The notes below the pieces were generated by a model, which did not search any database, was not told the origin of the DNA, and saw only the letters and a program-made list of their open reading frames with translations. A DNA stretch of 63,762 nt, filler included, from Globobulimina sp. (taxonomy: Eukaryota), in the NCBI GenBank assembly GCA_003354225.1. It is 34 parts of 34 records of this genome, joined end to end, with 100 filler letters (N's around TTAATTAATTAA, not from the genome) between each part and the next. Parts side by side here need not be neighbours in the genome. Positions count along the whole stretch, not along the records: positions 26,309 to 28,086 come from PIVH01012047.1; positions 28,187 to 29,964 come from PIVH01012048.1; positions 30,065 to 31,842 come from PIVH01012049.1; positions 31,943 to 33,720 come from PIVH01012050.1; positions 33,821 to 35,598 come from PIVH01012051.1; positions 35,699 to 37,476 come from PIVH01012052.1; positions 37,577 to 39,354 come from PIVH01012053.1; 27 more parts are not named here. One strand, given 5' to 3'. Below, piece after piece: positions 26,315-38,172 of this stretch; position 1 is the stretch's first letter; the number at the start of each line of letters is the position of its first letter. A program made the translations under genes and the position numbers.

Positions 26315-27871
26315 ATGGCACAACAACAACAAACCGATGTAACATTCAATATAACACTTGGAAATGCAGCCAAAACATTCAAATTAAACAAGAATCAGGC
26401 AATCCTTAACAATGTGAAAAATAAAATCATTGAATTATTTCCAGCTTTAACCAATAAAACCTGGTCACTTAAAAGTAAATATGGCTTTGAAATAAAAGAT
26501 CCATTCACATTATACGGCACAAATATATTCAATTTAAAAGTAACCCTAAATGAAGTTGCAAAAAAAGAATCGATTCAAGCTGATGAAGATTCGGATGCAG
26601 ACGAAGAAGAAGTGCCAATTATTATCGATTTAGGATCATATTCAACAAAGGCAGGTTTTGCTGGCGATGATATGCATAGATCAGAAACAGCGACAAAGGT
26701 CGGTCGACCACGTCATCAGGGTGTTATGGTTGGGATGGGTATGTTTTATATAATTAATTAATTACATGGCTATTCTCTCTGTTTCTGACACAGGGCAAAA
26801 AGATGCATATGTTGGAGGTGGAGCTTGCATCGGATTTTCAGGTATATATATTACTAAATAATTAATTTTGAGTGCTAATATAATGCGTAATTGCGTATAG
26901 TTGGTGGAGCTAAGGATGTTAATAATTTTAGAGACGCAATTAATAACAATATAATACCAAAATTATCCTCCATTTCGTACAGTGGATTATTTTATGATTA
27001 TTATTTTCAAACAGAAAATGATGCAAAAGTTGAATTATTATCAAAAAGCAACACTGCAAACGCGGATATGATCGAAGAGGATGAATATGAAAGTAAAAAA
27101 AAACAAAGTAATGTGAATGCAGCAAATAAATTTGAAGGAGAGATGTTTTATCCATCATATTGTTACGCAAAATGTAAACCATTACAATCTGATAAAGGTG
27201 GTGATGAATATGAATATTATATAACGTGCGGCTTGAATAGTAATATCAAACAAAGTGATTTTAAACGAAATGTATTAAACTTAGTAATCGTTTTAGATAT
27301 TTCAGGTTCTATGAGCAGTGCATTCAGCGGTGGCAGGAAAACAAAAATGAACGTTGCCAATCAATGTTTATGTGATTTATTGGACCATTTAGAGGCTGCG
27401 GATAGATTTGGTTTGGTATTATTCGATACGGAATCAATTGTGTTTGAGAAGTTAAATATGGTTAAAAACATAGATATATCGTCTTTAAAAAGCAGAATAA
27501 ACACAATTAAAACCAGAGGTGGTACTGATTTGGAATGTGGATATTTAAAAGCAAAAGAATTATTAGATGGAGTAACTGATATTACAGATAGTGATAACAG
27601 AAGCAATCGCATTATTTATTTAACGGATATGAATCCAAATCGAGGGATAACAGATAAAGATGGGTTATTGGGCTTGACTGCCACTTATGTCCAACAAGAC
27701 ATATTTTCAACATTCATTGGTGTCGGCATTGATTTTAACACAGATTTGGTGAGTTATATAACTGCGTTAGAAGGCTGTAATTATTATACTGTTAAATCCG
27801 ATTTTACAGGACGGATTTATCGTATTTCTTTCAGAAACCAGTTGTTTTATACTTTTTTTAAGAGTGTTTAA
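26315..27871 (+). CDS. Fusion gene: N-terminal domain + actin N-terminal fragment + vWA domain; introns 26739-26793 and 26842-26900; 3' end probably chimeric after ~27800
   Basis: [18 protein letters not shown]...[40 protein letters not shown]...[14 protein letters not shown] (MIDAS)...TRGGT...IIYLTD. Confidence 0.8.
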
Positions 27872-28252
27872 TGCTTTTGTTCTAACATTGCTGGTATTGT
27901 CAAAACAAATTCTCTGATACTGCTCTGCATCTGTGGTGCTTAAGCTTATTCTGATATCGTTTGTTTTAAGTGCTTCTTTCCTTCTTTTTTCTGAATTTAG
28001 CAGAAGTCCGTTTGTAAAGAGTTTTACCGGGAGTTTTATTTCATTTGCTGAATATGTAATCCAGGACATTGTTGTTATATCCGTAANNNNNNNNNNNNNN
28101 NNNNNNNNNNNNNNNNNNNNNNNNNNNNNNTTAATTAATTAANNNNNNNNNNNNNNNNNNNNNNNNNNNNNNNNNNNNNNNNNNNNATCTCACATTTGGC
28201 ACCGAGCAGTGCTCAAAACTTAGTTCAAAACATCAAGTTCTCAAAGCACTAG

Positions 28253-29513
28253 TCCGATCATCATGGTTCTTTTTTCTGGTTTCAACCATACATCAACAGT
28301 ATGTTCCTGAGCAGTGATTTTGAGGAAGACTTCCTTGACGGAGAGCTTCAACGGGAGCTTGCAAGTACACCATCAATAACAAAACCACGTACAACCAGAC
28401 CCACCATAACCGACTGGATTTACGATCCACACCAAACCATACCAAATACGTCGTCGTCATCCTTAAAAGGTGTATATACTCGAATGAAATTTTACAAAAT
28501 AAAGGAATCTCACGACGATAAACAAATTAAACTAACGCCGGTCACTGAGAATCAGGTATATAATTTATTAAAACACATTGGATATTGGCTATAAATGACG
28601 TGTTATATGACAGAAATATTGGTTATACAATAAATCGTCAAAGAAATACTGCACAGATTTAGATCTGAATAATAGCAAAAACAGCATCATCTGGACGCAT
28701 TCATTAGTTTTGCCGCAATCCTCCATATCAAAGGAACCCATCTTTCGCATTCAAGTCAATATGAAAATATATGCAATACATTCGAATAAAACCAGAATCG
28801 AAATTAAATTAAGAGTCGAATGTAGTGTCAAAGCATGGGGCGTTTCTTCCTTTATTGAGAAATTCCTAATTAACTCTGCGCAGAATACATATAAAAAGTG
28901 GCTAATCTTTGCAAACAAACAGTTGCTGTCAAATAAACACAATGCAATAACTACTATTCATAATCGAGAGAGCGCACAGAATGAGGATGCTGTTGAGATG
29001 AATGTGAATGTTGAGAGCAAAGAGAAAGAGATTGATATTGCATTGAAACCGAAACAAAAACAGAAACAGAAAACAATTTCGTTGATTAACAACCGCGAGA
29101 ATGTGGTGCAGAAAAGGAACGTAAATGTGAATAAAGAGAATTGCGGCGTTGACATTGGTGGTTCGGCCGTCATTGTTAATGTCCATTCCATTGAAGGTGG
29201 AAAGAGTAATGACGAGAAAAAGAATGATGGCACCAAAACCAAAGGGAAAGGACAGGAACAACTAATAATATCAATGCGCGATGAGGATGAATCGCGTGGG
29301 TTGCATAAACGGAGGGTATCATTGAGGGTGAAAGTGTCTCGCTGTGTTACTCGGATATGTCCAAATATATTTTTGAGGAAAAATAAAAAGAATAATATCG
29401 ATTTAATTGTGGATTCGAGATGCAAACATCTTGAGAAGTCGTTATGGTGTCTTATTGGTGTGTGTTGTGCCATGATTATTTTGTTGACTTTGCATAGATA
29501 TAATAGCAGTTAA
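28253..29513 (+). CDS. VASt/StART-like lipid transfer protein with C-terminal TM anchor; intron 28556-28613; 5' end uncertain
   Basis: Splices in frame; TRIEIKLRVECSVKAWGVSSFIEKF...YKKW resembles the end of a VASt domain; C-terminal TM. Confidence 0.55.
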
Positions 29514-29555
29514 TTCTTTAGTTAGTGTCCAGTGAAAATCCTTTTCATCAGAACA

Positions 29556-29964
29556 ATGACAGCACTCTCATCGGCACAAAAAGCGCTGTTGCAAAGAGTA
29601 AAAGATGATGGTATAGAATATATTTGTTTGGATATATGTGATTCGTATTGCCGGTCGTTGGGTAAAATGGTGCGTGCCGCGCATTTACAAAATTATTTGA
29701 TGAATGGTTTTCATTGTCCTGCACTATATACTGTCGGCATAAGTTTTGACCAGTGCGAATGTTAAATTTGTATTAGATATCGAGACGTATCGAAAATTGC
29801 CGCCATCATTATGTATTAAAGCGTATAAAGGCACCAAACCTGCAAAAATGGCACGGATTATGGTGTACCCATTAAATAAACCATTGGACACATTGGATCC
29901 ACGAACAATCTGCAAAAATACCTTACAAAATTTAAAAAATGAATTTGGATATAATTGTTATTCC
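29556..29964 (+). CDS. Glutamine synthetase-like (GSI/gamma-glutamyl ligase) N-terminus with a frameshift near 29760; 3' partial
   Basis: GIEYICLDICDSYCRSLGKMV, then in the +1 frame LDIETYRKLP...DPRTICKNTLQNLKNEFGY. Confidence 0.65.
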
Positions 29965-30131
29965 NNNNNNNNNNNNNNNNNNNNNNNNNNNNNNNNNNNN
30001 NNNNNNNNTTAATTAATTAANNNNNNNNNNNNNNNNNNNNNNNNNNNNNNNNNNNNNNNNNNNNCATTCATTGATGTGCCATGACAGCTTATATTTTAAA
30101 AGCTTCACTTTACAGTTTTTTAATCTGAACC

Positions 30132-30933
30132 ATGTCACTCCAAAACAAGAACATAGAAGCATCATTGACATGGTTTGATAAGTTGAACCTAGAAGCATCA
30201 TTTGATAAGCCATCAATAACAAATGAACATTCATCACTAAAAAAACTGAGGAAACTTGATACAATGACTACAGATTTTTTAATACCATGTCCTTGCATAG
30301 CACGACACTGTCCATATACATTTTGTTGTTGTTGTATTTTACCACGTGCTACGAGACAACAATTTGCTTTATCCATATTATACACTCGGTCGTATTTAAT
30401 TGTATATTTCTTAATTGTTGCAATAACACTGACATTATTATTATATGATTTAACTCAAATTCATCATGTATTTACTCGTGGCGATTTTGTACATGATTTA
30501 CATATAAAACACGAACCGATATGGTTTATCATGTTGGATATTTGCTGTGTGTTATTGATGATAATTGATATTTTCCTTCAAGTTTAGTGTACGCACTCCA
30601 CACTCCACACAACTGAATACATTGTAACATATTACTGATATATATTAGGTACAGGCACACCATCGTCGATATTGCAAATCATGTTTGAATGTTTTTGATT
30701 TTATAGTGGTCGCATTATGTGTACTATGTATACCTATTTATGTTTATGTTGACGTTACTGGTTTGATAGTACCAATTATATTTTCTATGCGTTTTGTCGT
30801 TCAAGTCTTACGAATTATTGTGGTGTTCAAACATCAATCAAATAGATCTGCATTTATGCTTACTGCAAAGGAGGATGTTGTTGATTTTGCCGGACAGCTA
30901 TTGTACGTAAAGCAATCCATTGACACTATTTAA
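30132..30933 (+). CDS. Stand-alone voltage-sensor-like 4-TM protein; intron 30582-30648
   Basis: S2 LDICCVLLMIIDIFL, S3 NVFDFIVV, S4-like MRFVVQVLRII; no pore domain seen. Confidence 0.65.
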
Positions 30934-31070
30934 AGTCTGACAACAACAAATATATTGTTTGTGCGTGAGCATTATATATAAACTTTTCAAATTCTCTAGT
31001 TTCAATCATACACACTTGTGCAAGGATTGTATGTGCAAAGTGAAGCCAAAAACAGTAATACTATTTGATC

Positions 31071-31842
31071 ATGTTCGCACCACTCGGTTTCGACAACGAG
31101 AAATTCAAAACCGAGTTATGCGTTAAATTCCAAGAATTAGGCGCCTGTCCATACAACACACGCTGCCGTTTTGCTCACGGCGAGGCAGAATTACGCCCCA
31201 AACCCAAGCCAAAACAATACAAAACAAAGCCATGCAATAACTTCATTCGAGTATGTACCACAACATATCCTTGCACCCATTCACATCATTACAAACCACA
31301 TAAAGACTGGCAAGTGTCCATACGGCGTTCGCTGTAACTTTTTGCATGGCGCTCCAGGTTCGTCCATCGCTCAGTTACAAGCGGCGCACCAAGCCAGCCA
31401 ACAGGCGGCAAATATGGGCGGCACCAATGCAATGAACCCCAATGGGTCAAACATGTTTGCTAACAATCCGAATCCGAATACAATGACCTTCCAACAACGA
31501 ATGCGCAGCCGGCAACAGCAGGGTTGGGAGAATTTTATGACTGGAACTAAACACCAATCCGGCTGTTATAACGTGAAAACAGTGCGGGGGTTCCATTGCG
31601 AAAGGCCTCCGGTTTCCGAACGGTTCCAAGCATGGAAGGAGATGCGCGGAGAAGGCGAGTTGCCGACACATGTGCTGATATTACAGGATAACAAGCAATG
31701 GATTATGGAACATCAACAGAAGCAGAAGTCAAAGCAGTTGTTATTGCAGCAACAGCAGCAGTTGCAACAGCTGAGCAAGTTGTTGTTGCCGCAGAATGAG
31801 AAGAAGGACAATGTGAAGCATGAGGATGAGAGCGAGAGTGAC
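31071..31842 (+). CDS. Tandem CCCH zinc finger protein (TTP/ZFP36-like); intron 31251-31305; 3' partial
   Basis: KFKTELC-x8-C-x5-C-x3-H and, after splicing, YKTKPC-x8-C-x5-C-x3-H. Confidence 0.88.
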
Positions 31843-32367
31843 NNNNNNNNNNNNNNNNNNNNNNNNNNNNNNNNNNNNNNNNNNNNTTAATTAATTAANN
31901 NNNNNNNNNNNNNNNNNNNNNNNNNNNNNNNNNNNNNNNNNNGGGTAGTGTAAAAAAGCCGCACCGCCAAAAGCCGCACCGCCGCACCGCCAAAATGCCG
32001 CACCGCCGCGCGGTTTAAAACAGCGCCCAAGCGTTACGGTATCTCGTATACTGTAAAAGTATAAAAATATGAAAAAATTTATTTTAAAATACACGAAAAT
32101 GGGGAAATTATAAGTCATATAAGTAATACATATTTAACGCGACCAATGAACAACTGCTAATACCTATGTGAAAAATGCATTAATTATTATAAGAGTATAA
32201 AAATTAAAGCATATGAAATTGTAGTCATCACTGCGATTGACAGTAATTGCTTGTTTATCGTCAGTTTATTGACAGTTATCATCTGGTATTCCAAGCATAC
32301 CATCCATCACGGATTTTGATGCAACATTTTCTTTCATGTTTTCACAAATACATTGAGTGCCACGCCC

Positions 32368-32600
32368 CAGTGTTGTGCCTCCGGGTTTAGTTAAGTAAAT
32401 AACTAAGTAAAGTTCGAGTTAGTTAGTTAGTTACTAACTTTTAACTAAATTAATTGGCTTGCGCGTAACTAAATTTAACTTAACTAAACTCAATTTTTCT
32501 TGAAATTACTAAGTAAAACATGAGTTACCTTGCTATCAACTATTTAGTTGTAAGTAAGGGCGAATTTAGTCACCAGTTTAGTTTAGTTACCACTATTTCT
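32368..32600. mobile_element. Probable truncated MITE end (CAGTGTTG terminus, TAACTAA/TTAGTTA motif array)
   Basis: Abrupt start of a dense array of TAACTAA motifs in both orientations; no matching right end found. Confidence 0.5.
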
Positions 32601-33052
32601 GACAAAAATTTAGAATTTTGGCCAAAAATTTGTTGAAAATTCCGTTTCGCGCAAAAAATAGATATCGACTTTTCACCTAACAATTATGCTGGCTAATTTT
32701 TGTTGCCATAATCGACCTGTATTTACCAAAAATTGAATTTTTGGACCGAATTAGTGGATTAGTAATACTTGTGTGTATACGTAGGTACAGAACTGACTTC
32801 ATTTACTCATCATTTTTACTCTCTCTCTGCCTCAATAATACAATACACACGCTTATCTTCGATTTCTAAAAGCATAATTGTTTTCTTTGCTAAAATAAAA
32901 TAACTCTTTCTGTCGATGATTCTTTTGCATGGCGTACCACTGATATCCGTTATCGCAAAAAGCTATTTCTGTACCTAAAGAAGTCCGAGAAACCTTGAGT
33001 TTGTATGTCAGCGCTTACTATCGAAGGGCTGGTTGGAGCTTCGAAAACGTGA

Positions 33053-33506
33053 CGTATTTATTCTAATAAACCACCTGTCTCTAATAAACCACCTGTCTCT
33101 AATAAACCACCTGTCTCCAATAAACCACCCCTATAGCAAGCAATTGAAATAATAAACCACCCGTCTCCAATAAACCACCCGGTTGGTTTGTTTGGATATT
33201 AAGTGCTTGTTTTCAAGACAACTTTCTGCAGTAAAATGGAGCTTTTACACTCTTTCATAGCATTTTTGAAGCTGTAAAACATAAATTAGCTCTAAATTTA
33301 GCATTTCAGATTAAGGTAGACAGTTGTAAGTCTCCAAATTACTTCTGAAGTAGACATTATGCCACAAATTTCCTAATTAATTTCGAATTTTGAACAGTTG
33401 AAACCATAAACCACCTGTCTCTAATAAACCACCCATCTCCAATAAACCACCCCTGTAGGAATGGGTTGAAAAAATAAACCACCCTGGTTTATTAGAGTAA
33501 ATACGG
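33053..33506. mobile_element. Nested Tc2/pogo-like MITE with 18-bp subterminal repeats
   Basis: CGTATTTATTCTAATAAACC pairs with GGTTTATTAGAGTAAATACG(G), followed by TA; TAATAAACCACCTGTCTC repeated near both ends. Confidence 0.75.
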
Positions 33507-34296
33507 TATATTTAACTAAATTCTGACTGAATATTAATAAAATAATAATAGCCTGTTTTTTACAGTATTTTGCATTAATAAAATAAAATTCATTATAAAC
33601 GAGACAAAATAATTATGACAAAAACTGAAAAGGCCTAATTTTTGTGGTGAGCGCTGTTTTGAACCGCGTACGGCAGCGGAGTGGCGGTGCGGCTTTTGGC
33701 GGTGCGGCTTTTTTACACTANNNNNNNNNNNNNNNNNNNNNNNNNNNNNNNNNNNNNNNNNNNNTTAATTAATTAANNNNNNNNNNNNNNNNNNNNNNNN
33801 NNNNNNNNNNNNNNNNNNNNTGTTAAAGAATAATGATATTATACATGTGCAACAGGAACAAATTCAAAAATTATTGAGAAGAATAAATGAATTAAACACA
33901 ATATTTTTGGTTTTTGCTAATAACTGCAATATCGATCAGATAAATGAGATTATTGATTCCAAGTTTTTGAAGACTTACTTAGTTAGATCATCATGTCTCG
34001 TTTTTGGAACAATCGATTAGGCGATCAATAATTGGGTGCTCATGCAATTACTATGATGCATATGCATTTGGTTGATTTGATGAGTTTTGTTTTGTATCAT
34101 TTTTTCCCATAAATTCAATCAATAAAAGCCGAAATCATAAATATTTGGTTATGTGGTGATTGTGATCAAGAATATATACTGATATCATGTTCCTCTTCAC
34201 TGCAAATAGTTAAAATACTATTTGACAATAAAATGTCAATAATGATGACGTCAAGTCATCAATAAAATCGTTTTTTCGCTCTATCACTAAAATAAA

Positions 34297-35370
34297 ATGT
34301 TAAAGAATAATGATATTATACATGTGCAACAGGAACAAATTCAAAAATTATTGAGAAGAATAAATGAATTAAACACTGACCATCAGAAATTATTAGATCT
34401 TCAAAAGAATGAGACAAAATCACCAAAAATAACTCCCAAATCTATATCAAACCCATTTGGTAAATTTGGCCAAGCGATGAAACAACGAATTACTAAACTC
34501 ACAACGCCCAAAAATTCCGCTTTCAAACCAATTCAACAATGCGCTCCAAGTGATGAGTCCAGCACTGCTGAAGGAACAAGACAACACATTGCAACTGATC
34601 AGAAACACAAAATAAATTTGCCAGAAACAGTATTTCATAATAAATGTATCCAAACCTTTCCAATCCCTCCAATCAATATCAAAACGAAAAGTGTACTCAT
34701 ACAAACTAAAAAATATGAAGCAAATAAGCAGAGCAAGCGAAAGCGCACAGAATCAGAGAAAAAGGCAATTGAACAACACTACAAACTTACAAAACAATAT
34801 ACAGATTTGAAACGGTTATATGACGATATTCTGCACAGACACAGCAGCTACGACGATAAAATTGATACACAATGTCAACAATTGAAGGATATTGCAATTG
34901 AGAGGAACCAATTGCGGAAAGAATTGGATAATGCCAAAACAAAAAATGTGAGTTTGCTGCAAGTTTTAGAAATGAAATCTAAAATGAAACTCGATCCTGA
35001 TATACGCCAAATTATTCTGCGACATCCATTCAACTCAGTATCGCCACAGAAACAGAGTAATCCCCATAATCACCACCCTCAACCAAACGCAACACCTAAT
35101 ACTAATGGCTATGGCATTCGTAGACTGTTCAAACCAATACAAAAACCAATGCAAAAACCAATGCAAAAACCAATACAAAAACCAATACAAAAACCAATAC
35201 AAAAAACAATGCAAAAACCAATACAAAAACCAGAACAAGGGATTAGCACTGATTCCGTCGCATTGGCGAATAAATTAATGAAAGTAATTCAAGATAAAGA
35301 TTCAATTATTGCTGGATTACAGGCACAACTCAACCATTCAATTACTAATTATTCGAATCGCATTAATTAA
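34297..35370 (+). CDS. Coiled-coil protein with 12-bp QKP(I/M) repeats
   Basis: 357-aa ORF, heptad-rich; about 8 tandem 12-bp units near 35130-35235. Confidence 0.7.
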   Translation: MLKNNDIIHVQQEQIQKLLRRINELNTDHQKLLDLQKNETKSPKITPKSISNPFGKFGQAMKQRITKLTTPKNSAFKPIQQCAPSDESSTAEGTRQHIATDQKHKINLPETVFHNKCIQTFPIPPINIKTKSVLIQTKKYEANKQSKRKRTESEKKAIEQHYKLTKQYTDLKRLYDDILHRHSSYDDKIDTQCQQLKDIAIERNQLRKELDNAKTKNVSLLQVLEMKSKMKLDPDIRQIILRHPFNSVSPQKQSNPHNHHPQPNATPNTNGYGIRRLFKPIQKPMQKPMQKPIQKPIQKPIQKTMQKPIQKPEQGISTDSVALANKLMKVIQDKDSIIAGLQAQLNHSITNYSNRIN

Positions 35371-35917
35371 CTTACTCTCCAAACTGTTAACGATTTACAT
35401 TAATTATTTAAGAAACGGGCACATTTTTTATATTAAATTTTATTATTTTACATTTCTTTTTTTATATTTTTTGATTGAGTGGTAACTGGTAACACTTCAT
35501 GTTATTTTATGTTTTTCTTTTTTAATTTTAATTTTTACACAATAGAGGCAATACATATGTTTTGATTGATTGCAAAAAACAAGCTACTGTTGGTTGTANN
35601 NNNNNNNNNNNNNNNNNNNNNNNNNNNNNNNNNNNNNNNNNNTTAATTAATTAANNNNNNNNNNNNNNNNNNNNNNNNNNNNNNNNNNNNNNNNNNNNGT
35701 TTTGCGTTTATTAACGTTGCACTGTGCAAGGATAGTGAGTAATATCTGACTGTTAACTGTCAGATCAATAATAAAAACAAAGAAATGTTGTAGTAAATGT
35801 TGTCTTTTTTGATTAAATTCCATATTTGGCGCAGATATAATCTCGCCAAAATCATTACACTCTATGTTAAACCCAACTTTTACGGCCTCTTTAAGATTAC
35901 TGAAACATGACGACTTG

Positions 35918-37460
35918 ATGGCTTTGATCCTGTTCATATTTGTGTCGTTTATAATTACCAATATTAATTACGCACACTTACCACCATCACAAATAAATGC
36001 TTTGTCTGATTTATATGAATCATTGAATGGGGATCAATGGTTTGTTTGTAACTGGAATATCACTCAATTAGCAATAAATAATACGTTACCATCATGGTAC
36101 TGCGGTTTGTACATTGATGATGTATCAAATAATACACAAACCGTATATGCATTAAGTTTTCTTTTTAATAATAATTTAAATGGCACCATTCCAGCTACAT
36201 CAATTGAGAAATTTGTTGATTTACAAGCAATACAATTATGGAACAATCCATTATTACATGGTATTATTCCAAGCACTATCTGTAACTTAGCATATTTCTG
36301 GTATTTTGATTTGGTGAATGTCAGTGTATCAGGTAATGTGCCATCATGTATTGGCAATATATCGACCATGGAAGTTATTCAATTTGAGAATGTACCATTA
36401 TTATCAATGAGTGATAATATCATCAAGTCATTGTGTGTCAACGCCCCCAATATGGATACTCTCGGTTTAATGTCAATAAATTATATTGGATCAATTCCTG
36501 ACTGTATTGGTAATAAATTCTCCCACTTAGATTTCATGTTTTTTGTTGATTTACAAAATTTAAATTCAACAATTCCTCACTCATTTAATAATTTAACAGT
36601 TACACAGTTTGGACTTTCACTCTTACCTAATTTATATGGAACATTTCCATCAGATATGTTCAAAAACAATGGTAATTTAAATTATATAGTTATTGATGCG
36701 ACCTCTTTATCTGGAAATCTTCCAATAAAAGATCTGTGTAATAATACTAAGCTACATATTTTACTCATTACTAATAATTTATTATTGGATCCATTTGTTA
36801 TTCCAGCTTGCATTAAATCATTAGATCAGTTGATGGAGTTACACTTAACCCATCCATTAATTGGTACTATTCCTGACTCGTTCTGTTATTTGCACAATTT
36901 AGTTTATTTAAGGTATGTTACACTTCTTACTGGTTACTGGTAATCACAGCTATTATGTGTTGTTCCTTATATATATAATAAGCATTATCGAATCCTCAAT
37001 CACTGGTATTATACCAAAATGTATTACATATAAGCTAACAGAATTAATTTACCTCGACTTACATTCAAATAATTTAAATGGTATATTTCCATCAATATCA
37101 TCCCCTCAATTAAAATATATTGATATTCATAATAATGAATTTTCTGGACGCATATCGTCAATATTTGGGTCAAACGAGTATACAAAATTAGAAATTGTTA
37201 TTCTACATCAAAATAATTTTTATGATAATGATATTGGTGTATTTATTGAAAAAATATTTAAATATTCACCAAATGTACAAGCAATTACAATTTATGACAA
37301 TGATTATATCGGAGGGAAATTTCCAAAGTTTTCAAATCACGAAATATATTTAAATAAATTATCTGTATTTGCTGTACACAAATTAAATATTGGTGGTATT
37401 ATACCAAATAATGTGCATTTTGCAAACCACAGCATTGAGGAAAGTATTATCTCACTGTAA
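35918..37460 (+). CDS. Secreted or receptor-like LRR protein; intron 36913-36982; probably 3' partial
   Basis: Signal peptide, ALSDLYESLNGDQW cap and repeated LxGxIP motifs. Confidence 0.88.
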
Positions 37461-37576
37461 GACAATCAATTGGCATNNNNNNNNNNNNNNNNNNNNNNNN
37501 NNNNNNNNNNNNNNNNNNNNTTAATTAATTAANNNNNNNNNNNNNNNNNNNNNNNNNNNNNNNNNNNNNNNNNNNN

Positions 37577-38042
37577 AAAACATCAATTATCAAATAAAAG
37601 AAAAGAATTTGAAAGTTTTGATGGATTAAATTCATACGCCAAGAGATTGATGGATACGTATTTTGAAAACAAAATTTGTGTGGAGTTGACTATTAAAAAA
37701 ATTGTGGGGAGTTGTGGCAATAATTTGTTTTGGGAAATATTTTGTGGGACAGATTTAAAGAGATTTGATATCAATTTGTTGAAGATTGTATTCCCAAAAT
37801 GCAAAGTTGTTGTTATCTATGGAGCGGATATATTGTTATGCGAATCTATCATTGATGACTGTGTCAATCATTTGCCTTTGTCAGCGGTTGAGAGGGTTTG
37901 GTTTAAAAACGGAAATAATGATAAACAATTGTCAGAGTTATGTGAAAAATATAAGGACAGATTCAAGAATATAGGGTTTGCAATTTTTATGGAAAAATAT
38001 GATTGGCTTACGATTGAAATCGCTTATCATTATTTGTTGTGA
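37577..38042 (+). CDS. Hypothetical protein C-terminus
   Basis: Open frame from the contig edge; LLKIVFPKCKVVVI resembles FICNIFKNCEKIII in 14145-14935. Confidence 0.5.
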
Positions 38043-38172
38043 TTTGAATTGTTTTGTACTGTGTTGTTTGGTATTTATGTGATGAAATTGCAAAACTTTA
38101 TAGTTGTATCTTCAATTTTTCTCATGTCACAACTTTAAAAAAATTGTTGCTTATCCTTCAAAATAAAACAAA

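Larger units (their letters stand above)
31946..33720. mobile_element. Non-autonomous DNA transposon with perfect 38-bp TIRs (hAT-like TAGTG terminus)
   Basis: 31946-31983 TAGTGTAAAAAAGCCGCACCGCCAAAAGCCGCACCGCC is the exact reverse complement of 33683-33720; a second subterminal block also pairs; no ORF. Confidence 0.85.

Noticed and set aside
27767-28086. Overlapping antisense ORF at the end of the vWA gene
   Set aside because: vWA similarity stops abruptly near 27800; better explained by a chimeric junction than by real overlapping genes.
33064-33180. 18-bp repeats as a CRISPR array
   Set aside because: Head-to-tail with no unique spacers, no cas genes, and located inside a MITE.
33821-33899. 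Exact 79-bp duplicate of 34298-34376
   Set aside because: At the contig edge with a k-mer-like length; most likely an assembly or amplification artefact.
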